A program made the position numbers and the translations under genes. From a virus (Duplodnaviria > Caudoviricetes): 35,794 nt of DNA. The first letter of the stretch is position 1. Each line of letters begins with the position of its first letter. Below, piece by piece: positions 28,772 to 35,513 of this stretch. The notes under the pieces were generated by a model. It was not told the origin of the DNA and did not search any database. It was given only the letters and a program-made list of their open reading frames with translations. The stretch lies in the IMG/VR virus record IMGVR_UViG_3300032335_000196, positions 1-35,794 of that record; one strand, written 5' to 3'.

Positions 28772-29071
28772 CTATTTCTTTTTACGTTCTTTTTTACTAG
28801 TTTCTGATACTAAGTTATGTTTAGAATCTCTTTTAAAAGATCTATTCTTCTTAGCGGATTGAATAGAGTAACCGTCCTTGTTTGAACCACCTTTGTCAAG
28901 CGCTTTCTTATGAGATACATCTTTACCCTCACGGATATCTGCCGCACCATTACCATTCTTATCAGGATATTTCTTATCAATTGCACGACGTGCACGTTGA
29001 CGTTCCATACGCTTCTTATGTTCAAGCGGGGAATCTTTATAGATAGGTCTAGGTTTGTTTACGAAAGGCAT
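28772..29071 (-). CDS. Small basic HNH-like endonuclease
   Basis: R..RQRARR...GKDVSH...L.KGG.N.........NRS is a variant of the short phage HNH family (DVDH usual). Confidence 0.6.
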   Translation of the reverse strand: MPFVNKPRPIYKDSPLEHKKRMERQRARRAIDKKYPDKNGNGAADIREGKDVSHKKALDKGGSNKDGYSIQSAKKNRSFKRDSKHNLVSETSKKERKKK

Positions 29072-29084
29072 ACGCTATTATACA

Positions 29085-29741
29085 TTATCCTCTATGGTAG
29101 TCACAAGTTTTTACTGGACAATATCCACATAAGGGCGTAGGGTTACAAGGCCATACATTCGTTTCAAATGCTTTGTCAAGCCTAGTTAAAGGCCCTTCAA
29201 ATTTACCCCATGACTTCTCTATATCTTCCCGTTTATATTCTTCTGTAATAAAAGTATTGTGCATCACAAATAGTAATCCAGCTTTAATCTTATTAACTTG
29301 TGGGAAATGTGCAAAAGTCATTAACGACATAAGCCTAAGTTGCTTAGGGTCTGGGTAACGATTTGAACCAGTTTTATAATCAACAATAAAAGCATAATCA
29401 CCATCGACAATAAGCAAATCAACGATACCACGAACCCATCTAGTGGGATCATCAAAAGCGCAGGGAGTTTTGTCTTTAAATAAAGCCATTTCATATTCAG
29501 GATATTTGTCACCAGGGATTGCAATAAGTTCATCAACTGCTCCTTTGAACCTTAAATAATTTTGTGCTAATTCTTTACCATCTTTTACATAGTCTTCTAA
29601 AGCTTTATGCACTTCTGTTCCGTAGATCATCTTCTCTGACGGTATGACTACAAAGTTCTGAGCCACACGTATCTCATAGTATTTCTTAGGACACTTAATA
29701 AACTCATTTAAAGCCGAGTAAGACCATGTATACTTAGTCAT
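29085..29741 (-). CDS. PD-(D/E)xK exonuclease (Cas4/RecB-like)
   Basis: WSYS.L..F..CP, G..VH..LE, GIVDLL, IVDYKTG, QL.L and C-terminal CGYCP...C; four Cys arranged like an Fe-S staple. GAGGA RBS before ATG at 29741. Confidence 0.85.
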   Translation of the reverse strand: MTKYTWSYSALNEFIKCPKKYYEIRVAQNFVVIPSEKMIYGTEVHKALEDYVKDGKELAQNYLRFKGAVDELIAIPGDKYPEYEMALFKDKTPCAFDDPTRWVRGIVDLLIVDGDYAFIVDYKTGSNRYPDPKQLRLMSLMTFAHFPQVNKIKAGLLFVMHNTFITEEYKREDIEKSWGKFEGPLTRLDKAFETNVWPCNPTPLCGYCPVKTCDYHRG

Positions 29742-30168
29742 CTGTATCCTCAAATTTATTACGTTTCTTTATATTTTCTATAGCGGGTATAACTTGTAAA
29801 TTTTCAGGTATGTGAAGGCCTGATACATTTTTTCCTTGAAGTGGAATGATATGGTCTACGTGCCATGACATGCCTGTGCTTTTAGTTAAACTACTTGCCA
29901 ACATATACAATGCTTTTATTTGTTTTTTATTATCTTCAGTTAACCATGCGGGTAATCTATGTTTTTTTGCTAAGTTTCTTTTAGCATTTAATGCGTTAGC
30001 GTGGCCTCTATTTTTATCATACCATTGTTTTTGGTACTCTGATTCTTTTTCTTTATTACGGTAGTAATATGCTCTTCTCCATGCTTTTATTGCTTCTTTA
30101 TTTTTTTCATAACGTTTTTTACTTCGTTGATTTCCTCTTAATCTTTTCTCTTCGTCAGACAACGGCAT
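29734..30168 (-). CDS. HNH endonuclease, probably a free-standing homing type
   Basis: P.WL...IK..Y..A, WHVDHIIPLQGKNVSGLH.PENLQVIPA.EN..K.N, basic helical N-terminus. Start at 30168 avoids overlap with the upstream gene. Confidence 0.85.
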   Translation of the reverse strand: MPLSDEEKRLRGNQRSKKRYEKNKEAIKAWRRAYYYRNKEKESEYQKQWYDKNRGHANALNAKRNLAKKHRLPAWLTEDNKKQIKALYMLASSLTKSTGMSWHVDHIIPLQGKNVSGLHIPENLQVIPAIENIKKRNKFEDTDD

Positions 30169-30178
30169 TTTAGTAGTC

Positions 30179-30388
30179 TTACTTTTTAATAACTTCACCA
30201 GTCGACTTATCGAGTTCATACTCGGGTAAAACTTCTTTCCCTACGGGTTTCATTTGATCCCATTCTTTATCTATAGGTAACTCTTTGTTCTTCCTAAAAA
30301 TTAAATCAAAGTTCTTTTCAAACTGTTCGTTGTTAGGTTTAGATTGTAACCAATCACCCGTCACATCATTTTGTGCTGTTTTTTTCAT
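30179..30388 (-). CDS. Hypothetical phage protein
   Basis: A.ND.TGD.L.SK.....F..NFD.IF motif. GAGG RBS and in-operon position. Confidence 0.6.
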   Translation of the reverse strand: MKKTAQNDVTGDWLQSKPNNEQFEKNFDLIFRKNKELPIDKEWDQMKPVGKEVLPEYELDKSTGEVIKK

Positions 30389-30881
30389 GTTCTTTTACCT
30401 CATTAACTAATTCTTCAAATGATAACGCATCTAAGTCTTCTTCAAACTCAATACTTAATATGTATCTTGTTGTTTCAAAATTATATACTGTGTGGTTTAC
30501 TTGTGTATTAAATAAATAATAGGTCATAGGTTTGTATTTAAGTTCTTCTATATCAAATACCATGCCATGTTTATCGGGAGCAAATGCACATATACTCCTA
30601 TTAAAAGGGGTCAACAACATATTGATACCCACACCTCGCCTAGTATCAGTGTGCCAATCGTAACAAACATATGGATCTAATTTAAGAATGCCTGCTATAA
30701 AATTATGCTTTGTTAGTAACCATGCAAAAAATCTATCCTTAAATAGAAGATCAGGTGGTACTAGTTTAGCTTTAAAATTATAGTAATCCATCCATTCGCT
30801 AGGTTGCATAGCAAAGTCTAACAACTCAGATGATATTGTAGATTTTCTTTCTACTTCATAGTAACAATCAGCAGTCGCCAT
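30366..30881 (-). CDS. 2OG-Fe(II) oxygenase-like (double-stranded beta-helix) protein
   Basis: L.P...YDWHTD (HxD), INMLL, LFNTQVNHTVYN (distal His) and RYILS (RxxxS). GGAG 6 nt before ATG at 30881. Confidence 0.65.
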   Translation of the reverse strand: MATADCYYEVERKSTISSELLDFAMQPSEWMDYYNFKAKLVPPDLLFKDRFFAWLLTKHNFIAGILKLDPYVCYDWHTDTRRGVGINMLLTPFNRSICAFAPDKHGMVFDIEELKYKPMTYYLFNTQVNHTVYNFETTRYILSIEFEEDLDALSFEELVNEVKEHEKNSTK

Positions 30882-32733
30882 AACTTTCTCCATAATGTGC
30901 TTCACAAGCGACGGGTAGCCCACTCGCCCAACCAGGAGGCGTTGACATAATGTCTACGATGAAGTCATTAGCTAACTTGACTTCGGGTGTTGGAACTACG
31001 CAGACTACCGCATCGTGAACAGTTAACACAGGACGATACTTCTTACTTACTTCTAACATCTGCTCACCTACAATAATACGGGCAAGCGCTTGAACTACAT
31101 TCTCTACTACTGATCCACCCCATATAGATACCATACCTCTACGGGATTTATAAACAAATTTAGATTTAGCTTCTGAGACATCCCATGTAAGTCCGGGATA
31201 CTGAATATATAATCCGTTGGGTAGTTTAATACCTCTTGGTGTAACAAGTAATGATTCATTACCTAAGTAATAGGGTTGTTTATCTTTAGGCCATGATGCC
31301 ATGTCTTGTAACGCATCGTCACAATCACTCCATAACTTAATCACTTTATCATTAACTTCGCGGTAAACTCTAACAAGATTCCTACATTCTTGCTCAGTAA
31401 GAATAGCGCCCGGCGGGGACGTCTTTAATGTATGTTGTAGCTTTGCCCACCCTGTACCATAACCTAGACCTAATGTACATGTTTTACCTACGAATCGTTC
31501 TGTCGCATCAGCTTTAGTAATCGGTCTGTTATAAACTTTAGATGCAAACTCTGAGTAAACATCTCGTCCTTCTTTATACCATTGCACAATATCATCTTGT
31601 CCACTCAACCAAACTAATACACGCGCTTCGATCTGTGAAGAGTCACAGTTAATTACTTGATGTCCTTCAGGGGCTACGACTGCGTTCTTGAGTGCTTTCT
31701 TTTTCTTATCTCTGGATGGTAAGTTCTGGAAGTTAACCTTATCTGCTCCCGCCCAACGTCCTGTATGAGCGCCATAATATTTTAACGGAATAGGTAGTTT
31801 ACCTTTGTTACGTGCACCAATACCAATAAACCTTTCAATACGTGCCTCTTCCATGGTTGATTTAGTACCCAACCGCACGCGACAAAGTTCTTGAATAAAT
31901 AAATCTTCGTGTTCAGTCAGTTCAATAAAGCCATTGTCGTTTTTAGCTAAGGCAAACGTAGGGTTGCCCGTCGCAGGACTTGTCTTCATTGGTACTTCTA
32001 CGCCTAACTCGGTTAAGAGTTCTGCAAATTGTTTATTAGATGCAAGCTTAGCCCTAACACATTCTTCTGTGTCACACTCTAATCGCTTCATTAAACCCTG
32101 TAACATTAAAGCTTTTTCTTCTCTTATTTCCTCAACTCTTTCTTGTAGTAATGCATCGTCAACCTCTAAGACAGGTTCGGTATACATGCGTAACGTCATG
32201 TCAATTAGTTTGATTTCATTCTCGGGATATTCTTGAGCTAAGATTTGGAATAGTTTATAGGTAAGTTCAACGTCGTTGATACAATAATTTCCATACTGTA
32301 ATAACTCATCTTCACTAAAATCTTCTAAGCGTTTGCCTTTAGCTTGAACTACTTCTGTACCTTTAGCGCCTAGTTCATATCGTTCGACTAACGATGCAAG
32401 ACTTCCACCGGCATCGATTCCGTGTATTGCCCTAGCCATGCTGAGTGTATCGAGGTAGAGATGTGGAATGACATTAAAACGGAAAGACAATATACCACCA
32501 TCGAACTGAGTATTATGACAAAGAAGCGCGGAGTTCTTCCAATCAATCTTCTCAAATTCATTCTTGATTTCTTGATGTGTGCCTGTAACCCACTTTGTAA
32601 CACCGCTATCAATCTTAATACCAACACCGATGACTTGGAATCTTTCATCTTTAATATACTCCTCCGTTGTAATTCCGGATAAACTAAAACCTACGTCGTA
32701 GTAGGTCTCGAAATCTAGTGTGACTAGTTGCAT
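30868..32733 (-). CDS. polA: DNA polymerase family A with 3'-5' exonuclease domain
   Basis: Exo I DFET, Exo II HN.QFD, Exo III YC..D; HTGRW, N.QNLP; motif A DSSQIEAR, motif B R...KTCTLGLGYG, motif C TVHD. AAGGA RBS. Confidence 0.95.
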   Translation of the reverse strand: MQLVTLDFETYYDVGFSLSGITTEEYIKDERFQVIGVGIKIDSGVTKWVTGTHQEIKNEFEKIDWKNSALLCHNTQFDGGILSFRFNVIPHLYLDTLSMARAIHGIDAGGSLASLVERYELGAKGTEVVQAKGKRLEDFSEDELLQYGNYCINDVELTYKLFQILAQEYPENEIKLIDMTLRMYTEPVLEVDDALLQERVEEIREEKALMLQGLMKRLECDTEECVRAKLASNKQFAELLTELGVEVPMKTSPATGNPTFALAKNDNGFIELTEHEDLFIQELCRVRLGTKSTMEEARIERFIGIGARNKGKLPIPLKYYGAHTGRWAGADKVNFQNLPSRDKKKKALKNAVVAPEGHQVINCDSSQIEARVLVWLSGQDDIVQWYKEGRDVYSEFASKVYNRPITKADATERFVGKTCTLGLGYGTGWAKLQHTLKTSPPGAILTEQECRNLVRVYREVNDKVIKLWSDCDDALQDMASWPKDKQPYYLGNESLLVTPRGIKLPNGLYIQYPGLTWDVSEAKSKFVYKSRRGMVSIWGGSVVENVVQALARIIVGEQMLEVSKKYRPVLTVHDAVVCVVPTPEVKLANDFIVDIMSTPPGWASGLPVACEAHYGESYGDC

Positions 32734-32755
32734 GTATTTTCCTTAATAAATTAAT

Positions 32756-32837
32756 GCTATCTTATGCAAACGGCAGATAGCGGTGCCGTCAATTTACCTA
32801 ACTCTTACTTAAGGAGTTAGACCACTTGCATTGTGGC
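32756..32837 (-). ncRNA. Candidate structured RNA, double-pseudoknot motif, copy A (polymerase-proximal)
   Basis: GCCAC-aAUGCAA-GUGGU; CUAACUC/GAGUUAG; GACGGC; GCUAUCU-[GCCGUUUGCAUa]-AGAUAGC. All pairings are retained in copy B. Confidence 0.7.
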
Positions 32838-32842
32838 GGAGT

Positions 32843-32921
32843 CTACCTTGTGCAAACGACAGGTAATGTGCCGTCCTATAATCCGACTTCGAGGAGGGAA
32901 GTCGCCCACTTGCACTATGGG
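32843..32921 (-). ncRNA. Candidate structured RNA, double-pseudoknot motif, copy B
   Basis: CCCAU-aGUGCAA-GUGGG; CGACUUC/GAAGUCG; GACGGC; UUACCU-[GUCGUUUGCACa]-AGGUAG. Compensatory and G-U changes relative to copy A. Confidence 0.7.
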
Positions 32922-32929
32922 TTGTATGG

Positions 32930-33003
32930 TGAGCTACTCGCGGTTATATAATTGCAAAAATACCATCACGAATTTATACATATAAATAAAGTGCTTTCGC
33001 TCA
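32930..33003 (-). ncRNA. Candidate structured RNA, three-way junction with loop-E-like internal loop
   Basis: UGAGC-GAAA-GC ... GC-GAGUA-GCUCA closes two sub-hairpins (AC..AUUUAUA/UAUAAAU..GU and GGU/ACC). Confidence 0.55.
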
Positions 33004-33008
33004 TTAAC

Positions 33009-33263
33009 TTATTTCTTGTGCCTTTCATGTTCGTTTCTACATTCTACTGAACACCAACGTCTTGTATCTTTTACAAGGTTACTACACCATAAACATTTGC
33101 CTGTATCATTAACTGGTGTTTCTGCCTGTGCATGTGCATTAGCTATTGCTACATCTACAATCTTTTGTGCATATTCATTTGCTACATCTATATCGTCATC
33201 CAAAGTCGCATCTCCGCCAGTCCCTCTGTTAGCTACAGGGTTATGTAATAGTCTGTAATTCAT
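33009..33263 (-). CDS. TraR/DksA-like C4 zinc-finger protein
   Basis: DDIDVA (DxxDxA) helix followed by CLWC...RRWCSVEC. An alternative TTG start at 33203 has GGAG 8 nt upstream. Confidence 0.6.
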   Translation of the reverse strand: MNYRLLHNPVANRGTGGDATLDDDIDVANEYAQKIVDVAIANAHAQAETPVNDTGKCLWCSNLVKDTRRWCSVECRNEHERHKK

Positions 33264-33483
33264 TTTCTTTGCGGAGTTTCAATCCGTTTCTTAATCCTTC
33301 AGGTGTAGGGTCAGGTAATTTAATTAACCCTTGATCCGATAAATACTTTAATCTATGTGCGTTTGTAATGCAATCTTTTATTATATCTTTTCTAGTGCAA
33401 TTAGGATAAATTGTAATGTAGTTCATGATTTTGTTTGCTTGTTGCTGATCATAACTATAACTATATACTTTTCCTCTAGCCAT
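33241..33483 (-). CDS. Hypothetical protein, possibly winged-helix
   Basis: I..YI..YP.CTR.DI........RLKYL...GLI pattern. TAATG coupling at 33483. Confidence 0.55.
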   Translation of the reverse strand: MARGKVYSYSYDQQQANKIMNYITIYPNCTRKDIIKDCITNAHRLKYLSDQGLIKLPDPTPEGLRNGLKLRKENELQTIT

Positions 33484-33671
33484 TAAAACAAACACTCCTC
33501 GTAATCATTCGTATTGAAAGGTTTAGGTTTCTCTACGACTAGTTTAATGACTTTAGCACAAGGATTATTATTTGTAAACCATTTCGCTTCCTTGACAGAC
33601 CATCTATGTTGGCGTATGACTTCGCCCTCGTCATCTACTATAGCATATGTAAAAGGCATAGCGTCATGCAT
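33483..33671 (-). CDS. Hypothetical phage protein
   Basis: YAIVDDEGEVIR..RW... ; GGAG 8 nt before ATG at 33671 (the track gives GTG at 33680). Confidence 0.6.
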   Translation of the reverse strand: MHDAMPFTYAIVDDEGEVIRQHRWSVKEAKWFTNNNPCAKVIKLVVEKPKPFNTNDYEECLF

Positions 33672-33769
33672 ATTGTCCACTCCAATATATATCCGATACA
33701 GATCATCATTGTTGCTACAACGAATCCATCAGTTAAAGCTTGTAGTTTATTAGAGACCGTTATTTGCAT
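33638..33769 (-). CDS. Possible 43-aa hydrophobic peptide, not in the ORF track
   Basis: MQITVSNKLQALTDGFVVATMMICIGYILEWTICMTLCLLHML bridges the 33672-33749 gap, but the RBS is weak and it overlaps both neighbours. Confidence 0.35.
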   Translation of the reverse strand: MQITVSNKLQALTDGFVVATMMICIGYILEWTICMTLCLLHML

Positions 33770-33998
33770 CTACTAATCTCTTTGTTGCTTCTTTATAACT
33801 TTTAATGCCATCTAATTTTTCTTGTTGAGACTCATCTTTGTATAATGGAGTTAGCACGATGTTGTGTTTTTTGGAAGGCAAATCGCGAAACCAAGAAAGC
33901 TCTTTGGGACGTGTCAACATTAGTGATGACCATATAAGATTGCCTTGATGATCATATTCTTCTAATGCCCATGCGTATGGGGTTTTATCTACTTGCAT
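33750..33998 (-). CDS. Hypothetical phage protein
   Basis: AGGAG RBS. P.AW......G...PLY pattern common in small phage early proteins. Confidence 0.6.
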   Translation of the reverse strand: MQVDKTPYAWALEEYDHQGNLIWSSLMLTRPKELSWFRDLPSKKHNIVLTPLYKDESQQEKLDGIKSYKEATKRLVDANNGL

Positions 33999-34368
33999 AT
34001 TTTCTCTCCTCTTGTTTATAAAATATTAATTGTGACCATTGAACGATAGGCTTCATTCTACTCCAAGATTTAGGTTTTTGTATAGTTGTATCATGAAAAT
34101 TTATAGCACCATACGAGTAATCATATTCTTTTCTATGTAGTATCCGGTGTGCTAAGTCTATATATTCTTGACCGATAACCGAAGGTGGCTTTTTATATCC
34201 ATACCAAGAAAACTGATACGGTCTTTTCATTTCATTGCATATTTGTTTTTTATCAAAGTCCGCTCTTCGATATAAGACGTATCCTACGGCGATTTGAGCG
34301 GGTCTTGGTTGTGTAGAGCTTTCCATAAAGATGGTGGTAGCTAAGCAAAGCAATGCTTCTTCAATCAT
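33985..34368 (-). CDS. Cell wall hydrolase, SleB/Hydrolase_2 family
   Basis: CLA.TIF.E (catalytic Glu), Q.AV..V...R, IC......YQFSW, GA..FH, IFY. AAGGAGG RBS. Confidence 0.8.
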   Translation of the reverse strand: MIEEALLCLATTIFMESSTQPRPAQIAVGYVLYRRADFDKKQICNEMKRPYQFSWYGYKKPPSVIGQEYIDLAHRILHRKEYDYSYGAINFHDTTIQKPKSWSRMKPIVQWSQLIFYKQEERKYASR

Positions 34369-34427
34369 GTCGACCTCCTTTTAAATGAGCGAAAGGCTTT
34401 GATACCTGTTCCCTCACTTGAATGAGT

Positions 34428-34685
34428 TTATTTTTTGATTTGGGTTATATACTTATTGAGTTCCACCGCATACCAAACGATCTTACCTGAGTCCTCTACG
34501 GGATCACCTTTAAGACCTATACGGCTTGTGTATTTGAGAATGTTGCCTCTGAGATAGCCAATGTATTCATCGGGCGACATCTTGGCTTTGATGTAGTCGA
34601 TTGTTTCGATACCCCCGCTTGTGTAGTGTGGTGGGTGGTTTACCATATCTGTTGTAATCGGTGTTGCGCCTGCGCCTTGTGTCAT
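34428..34685 (-). CDS. DUF3310-family protein (T7 gp1.7-like, putative nucleotide kinase)
   Basis: DMVNHP.HY..GGIE.IDYI, GY.RGN.LKY..R.G.K....ED..K..WY. Confidence 0.85.
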   Translation of the reverse strand: MTQGAGATPITTDMVNHPPHYTSGGIETIDYIKAKMSPDEYIGYLRGNILKYTSRIGLKGDPVEDSGKIVWYAVELNKYITQIKK

Positions 34686-34975
34686 TATAGTCCTTTCATA
34701 ATGGTCAGCAATTCATCTATATTACTCTCATTAATTACGAATGCCAAGCCCTGATTGTCTTTGATGAGTTTCATGTTGTGTTTTTGCAACAAAGTAGGTT
34801 CATTGTTTCCACTCTTACATTCAATACCAATGAAGTGTCCTTTGTAGCATACGATAATGTCCGGCACTCCTGACCTACCATATCCCGCAGTCATAGGGGA
34901 AAAGTGATAGGCCTTGAGGTCGTCTAGTATCTTCTTAACTTGTTTCTTTACTTTGCCTTCCGGTGTCATCGTCAT
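34685..34975 (-). CDS. VRR-NUC domain nuclease
   Basis: TPE..VK..V, G.GRSGVPDI, F.GIECK, PT.LQ, G.AFVI. Confidence 0.85.
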   Translation of the reverse strand: MTMTPEGKVKKQVKKILDDLKAYHFSPMTAGYGRSGVPDIIVCYKGHFIGIECKSGNNEPTLLQKHNMKLIKDNQGLAFVINESNIDELLTIMKGL

Positions 34976-35195
34976 CCTCCTTGAAGAGAGGTTCTCTAGG
35001 TTTATGTTCGGCTATATAATGCATTGCATTCATCTCAACTTCACCTTCATGAATATCTAATGCACCATCAAATATAAATCCACAACCTTTTAAAAATATT
35101 TCTAGGTTAGCGACAACATCGCTCAAGTCATCAGATTCAAACTCTAGTTTATTCTTATATCCATCCTCTTTCATTTCTATTTTATATTTAGCCAT
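34935..35195 (-). CDS. Hypothetical phage protein
   Basis: AAGGAG RBS. EFE.D.L..V......FLKGCGF.FDG motif common in aquatic phages. Confidence 0.65.
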   Translation of the reverse strand: MAKYKIEMKEDGYKNKLEFESDDLSDVVANLEIFLKGCGFIFDGALDIHEGEVEMNAMHYIAEHKPREPLFKEDDDDTGRQSKETS

Positions 35196-35399
35196 CTTGT
35201 TTCTCCTTAAATGTTGATGTTCATTTGGTTAACGATTTCAAAAACATTAACATAATTTTTATTAAATTGAATAGAGTCTTGGTTATCTCCACCATCGTAA
35301 ACAAATTCATATGTGTGTGGATGTTCTATAATATATCTTACCTTATCTAAATCTATCCAAAAATTTTGTATATTAATTACTTTCATCTTGTTTCTCCTT
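35193..35399 (-). repeat. 16-bp direct repeat AAGGAGAAACAAGATG (35193-35208 and 35384-35399)
   Basis: The identical + strand string catcttgtttctcctt occurs at both positions. Confidence 0.85.
35207..35386 (-). CDS. Small AT-rich hypothetical protein (59 aa), not in the ORF track
   Basis: MKVINIQNFWIDLDKVRYIIEHPHTYEFVYDGGDNQDSIQFNKNYVNVFEIVNQMNINI with AAGGAG RBS. Its stop overlaps the next RBS. Confidence 0.7.
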   Translation of the reverse strand: MKVINIQNFWIDLDKVRYIIEHPHTYEFVYDGGDNQDSIQFNKNYVNVFEIVNQMNINI

Positions 35400-35513
35400 T
35401 TTAAATTTTTCTGAGTTTGTTGTTATCTTTTGTGCGTATGCTATCGCGTCCTCTAACGCACTATCTTCGAAGTAGCATTGTTCGTTTATAACATCATCGA
35501 GTGTTCTATCCAT
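35373..35513 (-). CDS. Small hypothetical protein (46 aa), not in the ORF track
   Basis: MDRTLDDVINEQCYFEDSALEDAIAYAQKITTNSEKFKKEKQDESN. TAATG-coupled to the upstream gene. Confidence 0.55.
   Translation of the reverse strand: MDRTLDDVINEQCYFEDSALEDAIAYAQKITTNSEKFKKEKQDESN

Noticed and set aside
29085-29741. Cas4-like nuclease as evidence of a CRISPR system
   Set aside because: Stand-alone PD-(D/E)xK exonucleases are routine in phage replication modules, and no array or other cas genes are present.
32756-33003. Intergenic structures as tRNAs, terminators or known small ribozymes
   Set aside because: No cloverleaf or T-loop, no U-tracts after the stems on the coding strand, and no hammerhead CUGANGA/GAAA core. 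GUGCAAG resembles a twister-sister loop but the rest of that fold is absent.
24111-33753. + strand ORFs within the replication arm (e.g. 24111-24377, 31934-32236, 33016-33258)
   Set aside because: They are antisense to well-supported genes and have no recognisable motifs.
32995-34395. 12-bp inverted match AATGAGCGAAAG (32995-33006 on -, 34384-34395 on +) as invertible-segment ends
   Set aside because: It is short, no recombinase is seen, the enclosed genes keep the same orientation as their neighbours, and each copy is explained by a local hairpin. Probably chance.
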